The notes beneath the pieces were generated by a model, which saw only the letters and a program-made list of their open reading frames with translations, searched no databases and was not told the origin of the DNA. Below are positions 26,916-36,800 of a stretch of 64,000 bases of DNA, piece after piece; position 1 is the stretch's first letter, and every line of letters starts with the position of its first letter. Source of the DNA: Candidatus Aminicenantes bacterium. Its GTDB lineage: Bacteria; Acidobacteriota; Aminicenantia; Aminicenantales; JAFGBC01. The position numbers were made by a program, and so were the translations under genes. The stretch is from assembly GCA_963702005.1 (NCBI GenBank), contig OY969696.1, positions 1,728,001 to 1,792,000 of the forward strand. Reading direction: 5' to 3'.

Positions 26916-27165
26916 CAGGCGAAGCCCATGGGGTTCGAAGGACGCAAGGGCTCGGGAAGTCGACTCGAAGGCACACTTCGGATTCCCCGGCGAGGAATCC
27001 TCGTTCGATTCGAGGCTCCGCTCTCCCATCGCTTCGCTCAGGGAACCATGCCCGCTCCGCCTCTCATACGACCTTCTTCATCGACTACCCCTCGCCCTTC
27101 CCCGTTATTCTCTATCGGCCCGCTCGACCCCTCGACGGCCTTCTCCACCCCATCGGCTTCGCCTG
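26916..27165. repeat. Structured intergenic repeat (MITE/REP-like, compound) with 19-bp terminal inverted repeats
   Basis: CAGGCGAAGCCCATGGGGT (26916-26934) vs ACCCCATCGGCTTCGCCTG (27147-27165), 18/19 complementary; internal blocks are homologous to 27980-28141 in inverted orientation. Confidence 0.7.
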
Positions 27166-27172
27166 TTTCCCC

Positions 27173-28162
27173 TTATTGTCTCAGTAGGTCGTCAATCCTT
27201 AGCAATCGGTAGCCCCTCGTTTTGATCTCGTCCAGAAGATCGCCGAGCCGGAGATAGAATTTGTCCGTCCGCCGCGGGTCGGTTCCGATGTGGATGAGCA
27301 TGATGAAACCCCGGAAGCCGTCCGGGTCCCTCCGCTCCCAGGCCCAGATCCTATCCCAGATCGTCTGAGAGGACAGGTACTCGGCCATGTCCGGCGTCGT
27401 GTAGTCCGCGTTCAAAGACGTCCCCGGCGTGAAGTTGAAGAGGACCAGTCCGAGTTCCCGTGCCCATTTTACGATGTCGTCGTTGTACCACTCGTAGGGC
27501 GGGATAAAGAAGGGCGCATCCTCCTTGCGGATTCCAAATTCCTCCATGACCTCGTAGTTGGCTAGGATATCGGTGCGAAATTCGTCCCGCGTGACGAGCG
27601 TCTTGGAACGGTCCTCCCAGTCGCAGTAGAGGAGGTGCTTGTTGGAATGGGGACCGAGGTAATGGCCGTCGGCGATGAGGCCGCGGATGAGTTCTCTTTT
27701 TTCGGGAGACCGGTAGAAATCGCCGGTGAAGAAGAAGCCGGCTTTGACGCCCTTGTCCTTAAGGACGCCGCGGATGTGGGCGCCGCCGTCGGCGAAGTCT
27801 CCGCCGGTGAAGATGAGGGCCATTTCCTTGCGATCCGTCCGGCTGCGGATGATTCCGCCCTCCTCGCAGCGGAAGACGGCGCAAGGGGGCCTTAATACAC
27901 TATTTTGCGCCCGGGCGTGTCTGCAGCTCATTCCCAAAATCCCTGCCAATAGAACTAAAGCATAACTGAGGCTCCTGAAGGCTGAGCGAGGGGTGCTGGG
28001 GTGAGGAGGCCCTACGAAGGGTCGAGCGGGCATGGTCCCTGCCAGCGGAGCGACGGCAGGGGAGCGAGACCCGGAGTGGGAGCGGGTTTGACTCGCTGGG
28101 GCAAACGCGCGTCCTCTGAACCCCACACTCCGAGTGAAGCCGGAACCGTGATCTGTCTTCAT
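27173..28162 (-). CDS. Polysaccharide deacetylase (CE4/NodB-like), probable lipoprotein, with a repeat inserted in its N-terminus
   Basis: ALIFTG, FFFTG, GHYLGPHSNKH, FIPPYEWYN, IMLIH; LLAGILGMSC lipobox-like segment; ATG overlaps the upstream stop (ATGA). Confidence 0.8.
   Translation of the reverse strand: MKTDHGSGFTRSVGFRGRAFAPASQTRSHSGSRSPAVAPLAGTMPARPFVGPPHPSTPRSAFRSLSYALVLLAGILGMSCRHARAQNSVLRPPCAVFRCEEGGIIRSRTDRKEMALIFTGGDFADGGAHIRGVLKDKGVKAGFFFTGDFYRSPEKRELIRGLIADGHYLGPHSNKHLLYCDWEDRSKTLVTRDEFRTDILANYEVMEEFGIRKEDAPFFIPPYEWYNDDIVKWARELGLVLFNFTPGTSLNADYTTPDMAEYLSSQTIWDRIWAWERRDPDGFRGFIMLIHIGTDPRRTDKFYLRLGDLLDEIKTRGYRLLRIDDLLRQ
27980..28141. repeat. Structured repeat element inside the deacetylase 5' coding region
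   Basis: Nested stems GGCT/AGCC, GGGGTG/CACTCC, TGGGGT/ACCCCA, CCCTGCC/GGCAGGG, GTTTG/CAAAC; TGAAG direct repeats at 27976-27980 and 28135-28139. Confidence 0.7.
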
Positions 28163-29001
28163 TTCAGGGCGTCGAAATAGAGGGCGGCCGCGCCCAGGAT
28201 GGCAATGTGCTCGGTCGTCGAGACGTCCATTTTGATGTTGCGGGCCGTGATGGAGTAAGGGAATTCGCGAACGGAGGCTTCCAGGCGGTCCTTGAAGAAG
28301 GGATAGGCTTTGCTGACCGATCCACCGAAGACGATAATCTCGGGGTCGACGGCGAAAAGGATAACCTTGACCGCCTCGCCCAGGTGAGTTCCAAATTCCC
28401 CGAAGACGGCCAGGGCTTCCTTGTCGCCGCCCAGGGCCCGCTCATAGAGCTCGCGGCCCGACGTCCCGTGAACGGCCTTGAAAAACCGGCCGCTCGCGTA
28501 GTCTTCGAGCGTCTTGTCCCGGTAGGGGATCATCCCGAACTCGCCCGCCCCGCAGTTGGCCCCGGCGTAGAGGCGGCCGTTGGCGATGACGCCGGCCCCC
28601 AGCCCGGTTCCGACGATGAGGCCGACGACATGCTCGTAGTCCCGCGCCTTTCCGAAATAGGTCTCGCCGACCGCGAAACAGTTCGCGTCGTTGTTGACGT
28701 AAGCCGGCACCCGGTAGCGGGCCTCGAGCAGGGCCTTGAGAGGAACCTCTTTCCAGGCCGGGATGTTCTGGACGTCGTAGAGGACGCCCGTCTTGAGGTC
28801 GACCACGCTCGGGACGCCGACGCCGATCCCCAGGACGCCGGGCCGGACGACTTTATCGACGAGGCCGAAGAAGGCCTCCAGGACCTCCTCCTGGGAGCGG
28901 TCGCTCGGGATGGCCGAGGCCGCGACTTCCAGGAGGCGGTCTTCCTCGACGAGCCCCGCCCGGACGTTTGTCCCGCCCAGATCGATCCCGACGACGGCCA
29001 T
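28159..29001 (-). CDS. ROK family sugar kinase (glucokinase-like)
   Basis: GIDLGGTNVR, NNDANCF, GTGLGAG, GAGEFG, AILGAA. Confidence 0.9.
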   Translation of the reverse strand: MAVVGIDLGGTNVRAGLVEEDRLLEVAASAIPSDRSQEEVLEAFFGLVDKVVRPGVLGIGVGVPSVVDLKTGVLYDVQNIPAWKEVPLKALLEARYRVPAYVNNDANCFAVGETYFGKARDYEHVVGLIVGTGLGAGVIANGRLYAGANCGAGEFGMIPYRDKTLEDYASGRFFKAVHGTSGRELYERALGGDKEALAVFGEFGTHLGEAVKVILFAVDPEIIVFGGSVSKAYPFFKDRLEASVREFPYSITARNIKMDVSTTEHIAILGAAALYFDALK

Positions 29002-29017
29002 GGCGGCTCCTCGTGCC

Positions 29018-30271
29018 TCAGCCCGCCTGCTCGGAGCGGATCGTCTTGTTGGTGATGAGGGGCTTGGCCCAGATCCCGATGCTCAGGATGTAGGCCAGTG
29101 TTAGGTAGAGGACGAACATGCCCGCCCGCAGCCCGATCCGGTCGCCCAGCCAGCCGATGACGAGGGGGACGATCGCTCCCCCGATGATCCCCGTGCAGAG
29201 GATGCCCGAGAACGATCCGTGATGGCTGTCGAGGGAGTTCAGGGCCAGCGAGAAGACGATGGACCACATGACCGAGGCGCAGAAGCCCATGAGCGGGAAG
29301 GCGTAGAGGGCGACCGGCCCCGGCCCGAACAGGGCCGCGCTGAGGCAGACGACGGCGGCCGCGGCGAACCCGATCAGGATTTTGCGGCTGTCCCAGAGCT
29401 TGAGGAGGACGAGGCCGAGGAGACACCCGGCCGTCATCATCCCCCAGAACCAGGAGACCGTCTTGGCCCCCGTGAGCTGCGGGTCGAACCCGTGGTACGT
29501 CTTGAGAAACTGGGAGATCCAATTGGCGACGCCCTGCTCGGTCCCGACGTAGGCGAAGATCCCCAGGAAATAGAGGACGACGATCTTTTTCCCGAACAGC
29601 ATCTTGTGGGTGGCCCAGGCGCCGGCCCGCTCCTCCTCCGTCCTCTCGACCTTGGGAAAGCGGACGAGCAGGATGACGAGGACCATGACCAGCGTCACGG
29701 CCGCGAACACCCAGTACAGGGAAACCCAGGGCAGCTCCTTGGGAGTCAGCTTGGCCAGGCCGCGGACGAGAGGGGGGAGCGGTCCGCTCGTGTCCTTGAG
29801 ATGGGAGACGAGGTAAGTGAAAACGCGGGGACTCAGGAAGGAGGCGCTGCCGAAGATGAGCTGGGCCATGACGGAATTGAAAGCGAAATGCTCCTCGCCG
29901 CCCGTGACGCGGAGCAGGGGATTGATGGCGACCTGGAGGGTGGCCATTCCGGTCCCGATCAAAAATAGAGACAGGATCGCCACCTTGTAGCTTGGGAAGA
30001 GAGAGAACAGGAGCGCTCCCAGGCAGGCGACCGCGAAGGCCGCGGCCATGACCGGCTTTTCTTTATATTTCTCGACCAGGATCCCCGACGGGATGGACAT
30101 GACGCCGTAGGCGATGAAGAAGGCGAAAGGAAGCAGGGCGACCAGAGTCAGGTTGAGCTGGAAGCTTTTGATGATGTCCGGGACGAGCGGTCCGATGATG
30201 TTGGTCAGAAAGGAAATGACGAAAAAGATGACAAAGACGAGCCCGACCATGAACAGGCTGCGTTTTTTCAT
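29018..30271 (-). CDS. MFS sugar permease, glucose/galactose/fucose (GluP/FucP) family
   Basis: FFIAYGVMSIP, LQVAINP, YVGTEQG, SVMWSIVFSLAL, GIIGGAIVP. Confidence 0.88.
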   Translation of the reverse strand: MKKRSLFMVGLVFVIFFVISFLTNIIGPLVPDIIKSFQLNLTLVALLPFAFFIAYGVMSIPSGILVEKYKEKPVMAAAFAVACLGALLFSLFPSYKVAILSLFLIGTGMATLQVAINPLLRVTGGEEHFAFNSVMAQLIFGSASFLSPRVFTYLVSHLKDTSGPLPPLVRGLAKLTPKELPWVSLYWVFAAVTLVMVLVILLVRFPKVERTEEERAGAWATHKMLFGKKIVVLYFLGIFAYVGTEQGVANWISQFLKTYHGFDPQLTGAKTVSWFWGMMTAGCLLGLVLLKLWDSRKILIGFAAAAVVCLSAALFGPGPVALYAFPLMGFCASVMWSIVFSLALNSLDSHHGSFSGILCTGIIGGAIVPLVIGWLGDRIGLRAGMFVLYLTLAYILSIGIWAKPLITNKTIRSEQAG

Positions 30272-30275
30272 CGGA

Positions 30276-32900
30276 TCATCCTTTACCCCGGACGGCGTTC
30301 CAGCCGCCGATCTTGAGGACGGGGTCCTCGCCGCCCAAGCGCTCGGGGTCGAACGAAACCCGGACGGTCCGCGTCTCGCCCGGGAGCAGGGTCAGGTAAT
30401 TGTCATCCCAGAAAACCGGCGTCACCGGATCGCCGGACCGGTCCTTGACGATCATCAGCTCGACCAAAAAGGCGGGGGCGGCCAAGGTGTTGCTGAGCGT
30501 CGCCTCGAGCTCCATCCGTCCGGCCGCGTCGTTCCAGCGCTCTTGACAGCCGAGCGATACGGCCGGGAGGCCGGCTAATCCGGCCAGGTCCGAGAAGTCC
30601 TTGATCGGGGTCACGAACCAGGTGGCTTTGGCGTCGTCCGGGACGTCGGGTTTGGTCGACAAGGCGTAGAAGTTGTCCGTGATCAGGCCGCCCTTCCCGT
30701 CGTGCAGACGGAGATCCAGGAAGTAGGCGTCGCTCACCCCCTCGGGGGGCGACAGGACGATCAGGCTTTTCTTCTCGTCCCGGTCCAGCGCGACCGGGAA
30801 CTCCTTGGCGAGCTTGACGGCTCCGTCCAGGGTCAGGACCTGGACGGAGGCCGTAACCGGAGCCGAGGCGGCGGCCGCGTTATTGGTGACGATGACCTCC
30901 CGCGTCCCCAAGTCATAAAGGATGTGGAGCGGCTCGCAGGCCTTCCGCGCGCCGAAGAAGGCCCCGTTGGGGAGCAGGAAGTAATCGAAGAGCTGCCACC
31001 AGAGCTTGGGCCAGGCCGAGTTGTACATCCACTGGATAACGCCGGTCGCGACCGGGCGGCGGGCGACGAAGGCCTCGTACATCGCCCGCATCCCCTCATA
31101 GTTCAGGAACTGGGCCTTGCGCAGATAATCGGCCAGGTCGCGCGGAGGCCCCAGGCGTTTGTCCATGGCTTGGTTGTAGCGGTCGAGGTTCTCAAACTCG
31201 GCCCGGCAGCAATGATATTTCCACAAATCGTTGATAGGCCATAGTTTATCTGGCGGGAACATCCTGCGCAGGGTCTCGATGGGCGGAACCTGCGGCCCGG
31301 GTCCGGTCTCGGTGTTATAGCCGAAGGCGCCGCCCCGATCGGTGTTGATGAACCAGTAGACTGGCGGCACATAATCATAGGGCCCGTTCATCTTGACGCC
31401 CGACGGGCCGCTGACCGGCGAGACCTTGGTCCCGGTCGAATTCAAGACGGGGCGGGTCGGGTCGTCCTCGGCCAGGATGGCGCGGTAGGCCTTTTCCAGG
31501 TCGGGCTTGGGGACGAGGTCGCTCGCCATCGCCCAGACGAAGACGCTGGGATGGTTGCGGAGCCAGCGGACCATGTCCCGCCAGGAGCGGGCGGCCGTGT
31601 CGATATCCTCGGGGGAGAGGATGCCGCCGAAGCGCTCGTCGGTGGGCTTGCCGAAGCCGTTCTCCCATTCCCATTGGCAGCTGACACCGGCCATGACCAT
31701 GATCCCGGTCTCGTCGCAGAGGTTGTAAAACTCGGGACCGGTCCCCCAGAAGCCCTCGACCCGGAGGGCGTTGAGGTTCATCTGGCGCGCGTACTCGACC
31801 TGGGCCTTGATCCTGTCGTAGGGATTATCCAAGAGCATATCGTCCGTCCAGCCGCCGCCCCGGACGAGAATCTTACGTCCGTTGAGGATAAAGCCGCGCT
31901 GGCCCTGTTCGTTGAGATAATCCGCGATTTCGCGGATCCCGAACCGGGTCGAGACGGCGTCCGACACGCGGCCGTCCAGCTTGGCCTCGAGCGCGAGGTC
32001 GTAGAGCTCGGGGGATCCCAGGTCATGGGTCCACCAGACGCGCGGGCTGCGGACGACGAGCTTGGGATAGGCGGCCGGGGCGAACTCGGCGGCTTTCGTC
32101 TCTCCGGCGGCTAAATGAACACGCTGCGAGAACGCGATATCCCCGATCCGGCCCTCAAGGACGCAGTCGCGCGGCCGGTCGGCCTTGTTTTCAAGCTCGG
32201 CCGAGACCGTCAACCGGGCTTCCTTGAGGGTCTTGAGGTCGAGGCTGGTCTTGACGAAGGGGAAATGCACGGCGACGTCGCCGGTCGTCCGAACGCGGAC
32301 CGGACGCCAGAGGCCCAGCTCGGCGTCGGGGGCTTTCGGGTTCCAGTCCACGAAGCCTATAGTCAGGGCGCCAGGGCCGGGCGGGATGATCTCGATGGCC
32401 AGGGCGTTCGGGCCATCGCGCCGGGCCGCGCCGGTTGCGTCGATCCGGAAGCGGCGGAAGGCGCCGAAGACCTGTCCGGCGTCGGCGATCTTCGTCCCGT
32501 TGAGCCAGATATTGGCGCGGTAGTTGACGCCGTCGAGCTCGAGCTCGACCTTATCCCGGCCCGGGCCGGCCGGGCAGGCAAACTCGGTTCGGTACCACCA
32601 GGAGACCTTGAAGGCCTCGGTCGGGATCCGTTTCAGGTTGTCGGCGAAATAGACGTCCTGGTAGACCTTGTCCTTGACTAGGGCGGCCAGGACGGTCGTC
32701 GGAACGGCGGCCGGGTACCAGCCCGACAGCGAGGCGCCGGGCTTCGAGATCTCGGCCCCGCCGGCCTTGAGGTTGGCCGACGACTGGATGTACCAGCCGT
32801 CCCTGAGCTCGAGGACGGATTCCGCGCCGGCGGCGGCCGCCGCGAGCGGGAGGGCGATCCAAGCTAAAACCGCGAAGACCACAAGAAGCGTTTTTTTCAT
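30276..32900 (-). CDS. GH2 exo-beta-glucosaminidase/beta-mannosidase-like (CsxA-like), exported
   Basis: VPTTVL, WWYR, GVNYRA, FGIRE, RNHPSVFVW..ASD, SGVKMNGPY, GYNTETG, WMYNSAWP..WQLFDY; start ATG 32900. Confidence 0.88.
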   Translation of the reverse strand: MKKTLLVVFAVLAWIALPLAAAAAGAESVLELRDGWYIQSSANLKAGGAEISKPGASLSGWYPAAVPTTVLAALVKDKVYQDVYFADNLKRIPTEAFKVSWWYRTEFACPAGPGRDKVELELDGVNYRANIWLNGTKIADAGQVFGAFRRFRIDATGAARRDGPNALAIEIIPPGPGALTIGFVDWNPKAPDAELGLWRPVRVRTTGDVAVHFPFVKTSLDLKTLKEARLTVSAELENKADRPRDCVLEGRIGDIAFSQRVHLAAGETKAAEFAPAAYPKLVVRSPRVWWTHDLGSPELYDLALEAKLDGRVSDAVSTRFGIREIADYLNEQGQRGFILNGRKILVRGGGWTDDMLLDNPYDRIKAQVEYARQMNLNALRVEGFWGTGPEFYNLCDETGIMVMAGVSCQWEWENGFGKPTDERFGGILSPEDIDTAARSWRDMVRWLRNHPSVFVWAMASDLVPKPDLEKAYRAILAEDDPTRPVLNSTGTKVSPVSGPSGVKMNGPYDYVPPVYWFINTDRGGAFGYNTETGPGPQVPPIETLRRMFPPDKLWPINDLWKYHCCRAEFENLDRYNQAMDKRLGPPRDLADYLRKAQFLNYEGMRAMYEAFVARRPVATGVIQWMYNSAWPKLWWQLFDYFLLPNGAFFGARKACEPLHILYDLGTREVIVTNNAAAASAPVTASVQVLTLDGAVKLAKEFPVALDRDEKKSLIVLSPPEGVSDAYFLDLRLHDGKGGLITDNFYALSTKPDVPDDAKATWFVTPIKDFSDLAGLAGLPAVSLGCQERWNDAAGRMELEATLSNTLAAPAFLVELMIVKDRSGDPVTPVFWDDNYLTLLPGETRTVRVSFDPERLGGEDPVLKIGGWNAVRGKG

Positions 32901-32942
32901 GGCTCTCCTTGCATCCTGGGCGACTGTTTCAAGCATCTCCGA

Positions 32943-33803
32943 TTATATCGGCGGATCTTGGTCCTGACAAGGGGATCGACGAATCGCTTGCGGCAGGAGA
33001 TGATGCCGCAAGAACGCCAGTATTTGTCCGATGATCTCGCGAGAAGTCTCGCTGTCGTCCATCAGGTCAAACGCGTGCGGGGCTGCCGCGTGATTGATAA
33101 ACGTCAAGGGCAGGTTGCCAATCAACGCCTCGGCCACGAAACGGTCCATCGTTTCGTTCAAGTGAGGGGTTTCGTCTCGACCCGCTCTCACGATGAGGAG
33201 CGGTCTATCCGGAGGAAGATCAGCTACGGATCTCCCCGCGCAGGGATTGACGAATCCCCAGGTCTTGGCCGCCTCGGCTACGCTCGCGCCCCCCTGGAGG
33301 TCCAGCATGAACCCATAGCACAGGACGGCGCACTTCAAATAGTCGCTCGGTTCCTGCATCAGGACGGATAGGGCGTTCGGAACATTGCCGGAGCACGCCC
33401 ACAGGCCGATCCTGTTCTCGTCGATTCCCAATGACGCGGCGTTCCGTCGAAGATAGCGAAGCACCGCGTGAATGTCCTGTGCCGGGTCCCGAGTCAGGTA
33501 AGCGATCGCGACCAACCCTGAGGAGGCTATCAATTTCCCCCACGAGACATAAGATCCCATTTCTTTTTGGCTGCAGCCGAGCGCTTTCTGAAATCCCACA
33601 TCGGAATAGCCCAGCACAAAGACGACGGCGGGCGTCCGCCCTTCCTTCTTCGCTTCGGGCGGAGAGTAGATGTCCAGGGTTAAAACATCTCTGGCGGCGG
33701 CTCGGTATTCCACATCCCGCCGAATGATCACCGTATCCGAGCCGGGCAATCGGCAGACCACCCTTTTTTTCGTAATGTCGGGTCGCTGGGTTTCTTGGTC
33801 CAT
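32943..33803 (-). CDS. Alpha/beta hydrolase (esterase-like)
   Basis: LTLDIYSP, IDENRIGLWACSG, PLLIVRAGRD, APHAFD. Confidence 0.78.
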   Translation of the reverse strand: MDQETQRPDITKKRVVCRLPGSDTVIIRRDVEYRAAARDVLTLDIYSPPEAKKEGRTPAVVFVLGYSDVGFQKALGCSQKEMGSYVSWGKLIASSGLVAIAYLTRDPAQDIHAVLRYLRRNAASLGIDENRIGLWACSGNVPNALSVLMQEPSDYLKCAVLCYGFMLDLQGGASVAEAAKTWGFVNPCAGRSVADLPPDRPLLIVRAGRDETPHLNETMDRFVAEALIGNLPLTFINHAAAPHAFDLMDDSETSREIIGQILAFLRHHLLPQAIRRSPCQDQDPPI

Positions 33804-33827
33804 GCGTGTGTCCTTTGCCGTCCGATA

Positions 33828-36800
33828 TCAGCGGTCGAAGCGCAGCGTGATCAGGCCGTAGCCGGGGAGCGAGAGCGGGCCGGCGAGCGGGCGGAGGCGG
33901 TTTCCGTCGATATCGCAGATGAAAATCGCGGATACGGCCGATGCCGCGCCCCGGACCTCGAATTCCTGCGGCCGTCCCGATGCGTTATAAAGCCGCGCCA
34001 CCCAACCCGTTCCGTCAAGCGCCGGGCGAAGCGAACTCACGATGATCCCGGCCGAAGAGATTTCGAAAGGCGCCGCGGGGAGAGTCCGGCCTTCGCCGGA
34101 CGGCGCGACGATCAGAGGCCGGACATATTCGAGGCTCAGCCTCTTGACGGCGGCCCGCTCGAACCCGGCGTGCGGGATGAGGGCGTAGCGGAGCTCGACC
34201 GGGCCTTCCTGGTCGGCCTTGTAGTTCGTATGCCAGTAGTTGTTCATGGCATAGGAATAGATCGTCTGTGAGGGCTCGATCGTCTGCCGCCATGTCCGCG
34301 TTCCGCCCGGCCCGGGGGTTTCATCCGTCATCCGGCCGATCTCGGCGAGCGGCGCGTCCGGGCTGACCCAGGTCAGGCCGCAGTCGGCGTTCGAGACGTC
34401 GATCGAGTCGCGGACGCAGAAGAAGTCCCTGCAGGAGCCGGGGATCTGGTCCGCCTCGGGACAGACCTCGGCCCAGCCCAGGTCGATCCGCGCCACTCCG
34501 CCCGGCACGACGAGCGGGAATCCGAAGTGGACGCTCTCCTTGTCGCGGACCTTGAGCTTGTCGATCCGGTTCCGGATCTCGATCCGCGCCGAGCCGTCGC
34601 GGATGCCGTACTCGCGGACCAGCCCCTTCGTCCCGGGCGCGTCCGATTCGATGATGAGCGAAGCGATGAGCGGTCCCGATTCGCCGATATGGACTCTGAC
34701 GTTCGCCGCGCCCCGAGCCGCGGCCGGGTCCTTCCCGGGAACGTAGAAATACGCGTCAAGACCTAAGGAGGCGGACGGATCCACGAGCTCCAACTCCCGG
34801 CCTGTTTTCCATCGGACGCTTTTAATCGCGCCGCTGCCGGGGTCGACGGCGACCGAAACGATCCCGTTCTCGAGGCGGCCGTCCGCGGCCGACGCCCGTC
34901 CGGCGGCATGCGGGGTTCCCGCCTCGATGAAGAACCGTTTGGCTCCGAGCCCGGGAACGTCCGCGGCCAGGAAGACGAGGCCGCCGGCGGCGAGCCGCTG
35001 GCTCGGCACGGGATTCCCCCTCTCGTCTTTGACCAGGTCGCCGGGACGCTTGACCTCGGCCGGAACCGTCACCCAGTCCGTCCTCGGCCAGCTCAAGGTG
35101 TTGATGACGTCGAGCGCGAGCCGCCCTCCCGCCGCGTCAACGGGTTCGCGCGCGGCCAGCGCGGATGCGACGAGTTCCCTGGATCGTTTGTCCGCCTCCA
35201 AGGCGAAGGCTTGTTTGTAATCCCACTGTTCTCGCGCGTTGGCCCCATCCGGGTCGGACACGGAATCGGCGGCCCCCCAGGTGTGCTCGTCGAATAGAAC
35301 GACTTGGCGCCAAGCCTCGGCGAAATCTTCAAAGGGAAATCCCTTGGGATCGATGAGCGACCAGAGCGTTTCGGCTTCAAGCAGCCGCTCGGCGGAGCGC
35401 CGGTTGAGGGACGTTTCGAGGGCCGACGAAGCCGCCCCGTCCTCCCAATAAGGGGTGAAGTCGCCCCGGACCTCCGGGATGATGTCGCCGTGGCGTTTCT
35501 CGAGCTCGGCGAACATTTCTTGGGTGGTGGCGATGACGAACTTGGGAGAATCGTATTCCTCGTTCCAGCGCCGGACGAAATCGGAAAGCTCCGGGTCGGG
35601 AGGGCCGTTGTCGCCGCCGACCGTGTAGCGGACCTGGACGATGGAGTAGGGATAGCCCTTATCGGCCAGCTCGAGCAGATAGTCGAAGATGCCCCGCTTG
35701 GGGGCCCGCTCGATATTTCCCATGTGGAAGCCGTGGAACCAGGAATAGCCGCGTCCCGCCATCCAGAACAGGATCTTCTCATCGCCCGAGGGCGAAACCC
35801 AGTAGAAAGGACGATCCCCCCAAGTCTTGAGGGTGCGGCCGATACGGTCGCCGCCGTCGGGGAGCCTGGGCATGTAGTTGGGACCGCTCGAAAAATATCG
35901 GACCCCGGCCAGGACAAAGGCCGGGACGACCGTCCAGCTCTGGCCGGGGATATCTGTGATCATGGCTGTGGTGACCGGAACGCCGCAGTCCGCGCCCAGC
36001 TTCCGGGCGAAAGCGGTGAGTTGGAGGAGCTCTTCGGGATGGCAGAGCCCGGTCAGCTCGTTGGCGTACATGGCCTGGAGCCCGATCCAGCCTTTGCGGA
36101 CGGCCTCGACGAACGCGGCCCTTTTTTCCGGCGACGCCTGCTTGAGGTAGCTCTCGACGGCCCACAGCTCTTCGACATTCCACTTGAAGCGGGAGCCGGG
36201 GGGATAATCGGCCGACTTCCGGGCCAGGTCGATGGCCTGCTCATAGTAAGACCAGTGCTTCTTTTCGACGACGCGCTGGAGGTCGGAATAGCCGATGTCG
36301 ACATGGGAGTGGGGGAGAAGATAGAGTTCCCTCCTGACGACGGGTTTCAGCCTGATCGTCGCGCGCCGGATTCTCCCCTCGCCTAAATCCACGGTCAGCG
36401 GAACTTCCGTTTCGGCGGCGACGGGTTCGACGGGAAGGAAAAAGATGTTGTAGCCGGTCTCGATCCGGACGCGCTCGGAGGCGGGGCCGAGGGACAGGAC
36501 GGCCCGGCCGGGCGGCCCGGCATGGCTGATCTCGACGCCGACAAGCTGCCTCGGTCGCCCGTTTGTCTTGACCAGGGCCTGCTCGGAACGGGCCGAGACG
36601 CCGGATTCGAGCGGGTGCTCGAAGACCATAAACCAGTCGGGGCTCCCGCCGTTGTCGCCCCGAACCTCGACCCGGAGAGGATGTCCCTCTTTAAGGAGCG
36701 CGCGCGGCAGGGTCAGGGTCATATATCCGAACAGCTCCTCGAAGGCGTCAACCATGGTTGTCCGGAAGGAGAGCGAGGCGCCCCCGCGGCCGGACACGGT

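Noticed and set aside
26916-28141. Composite transposon carrying the deacetylase
   Set aside because: No transposase, the two repeats are quite diverged, and the gene's own start lies outside the right-hand copy; independent insertions are simpler.
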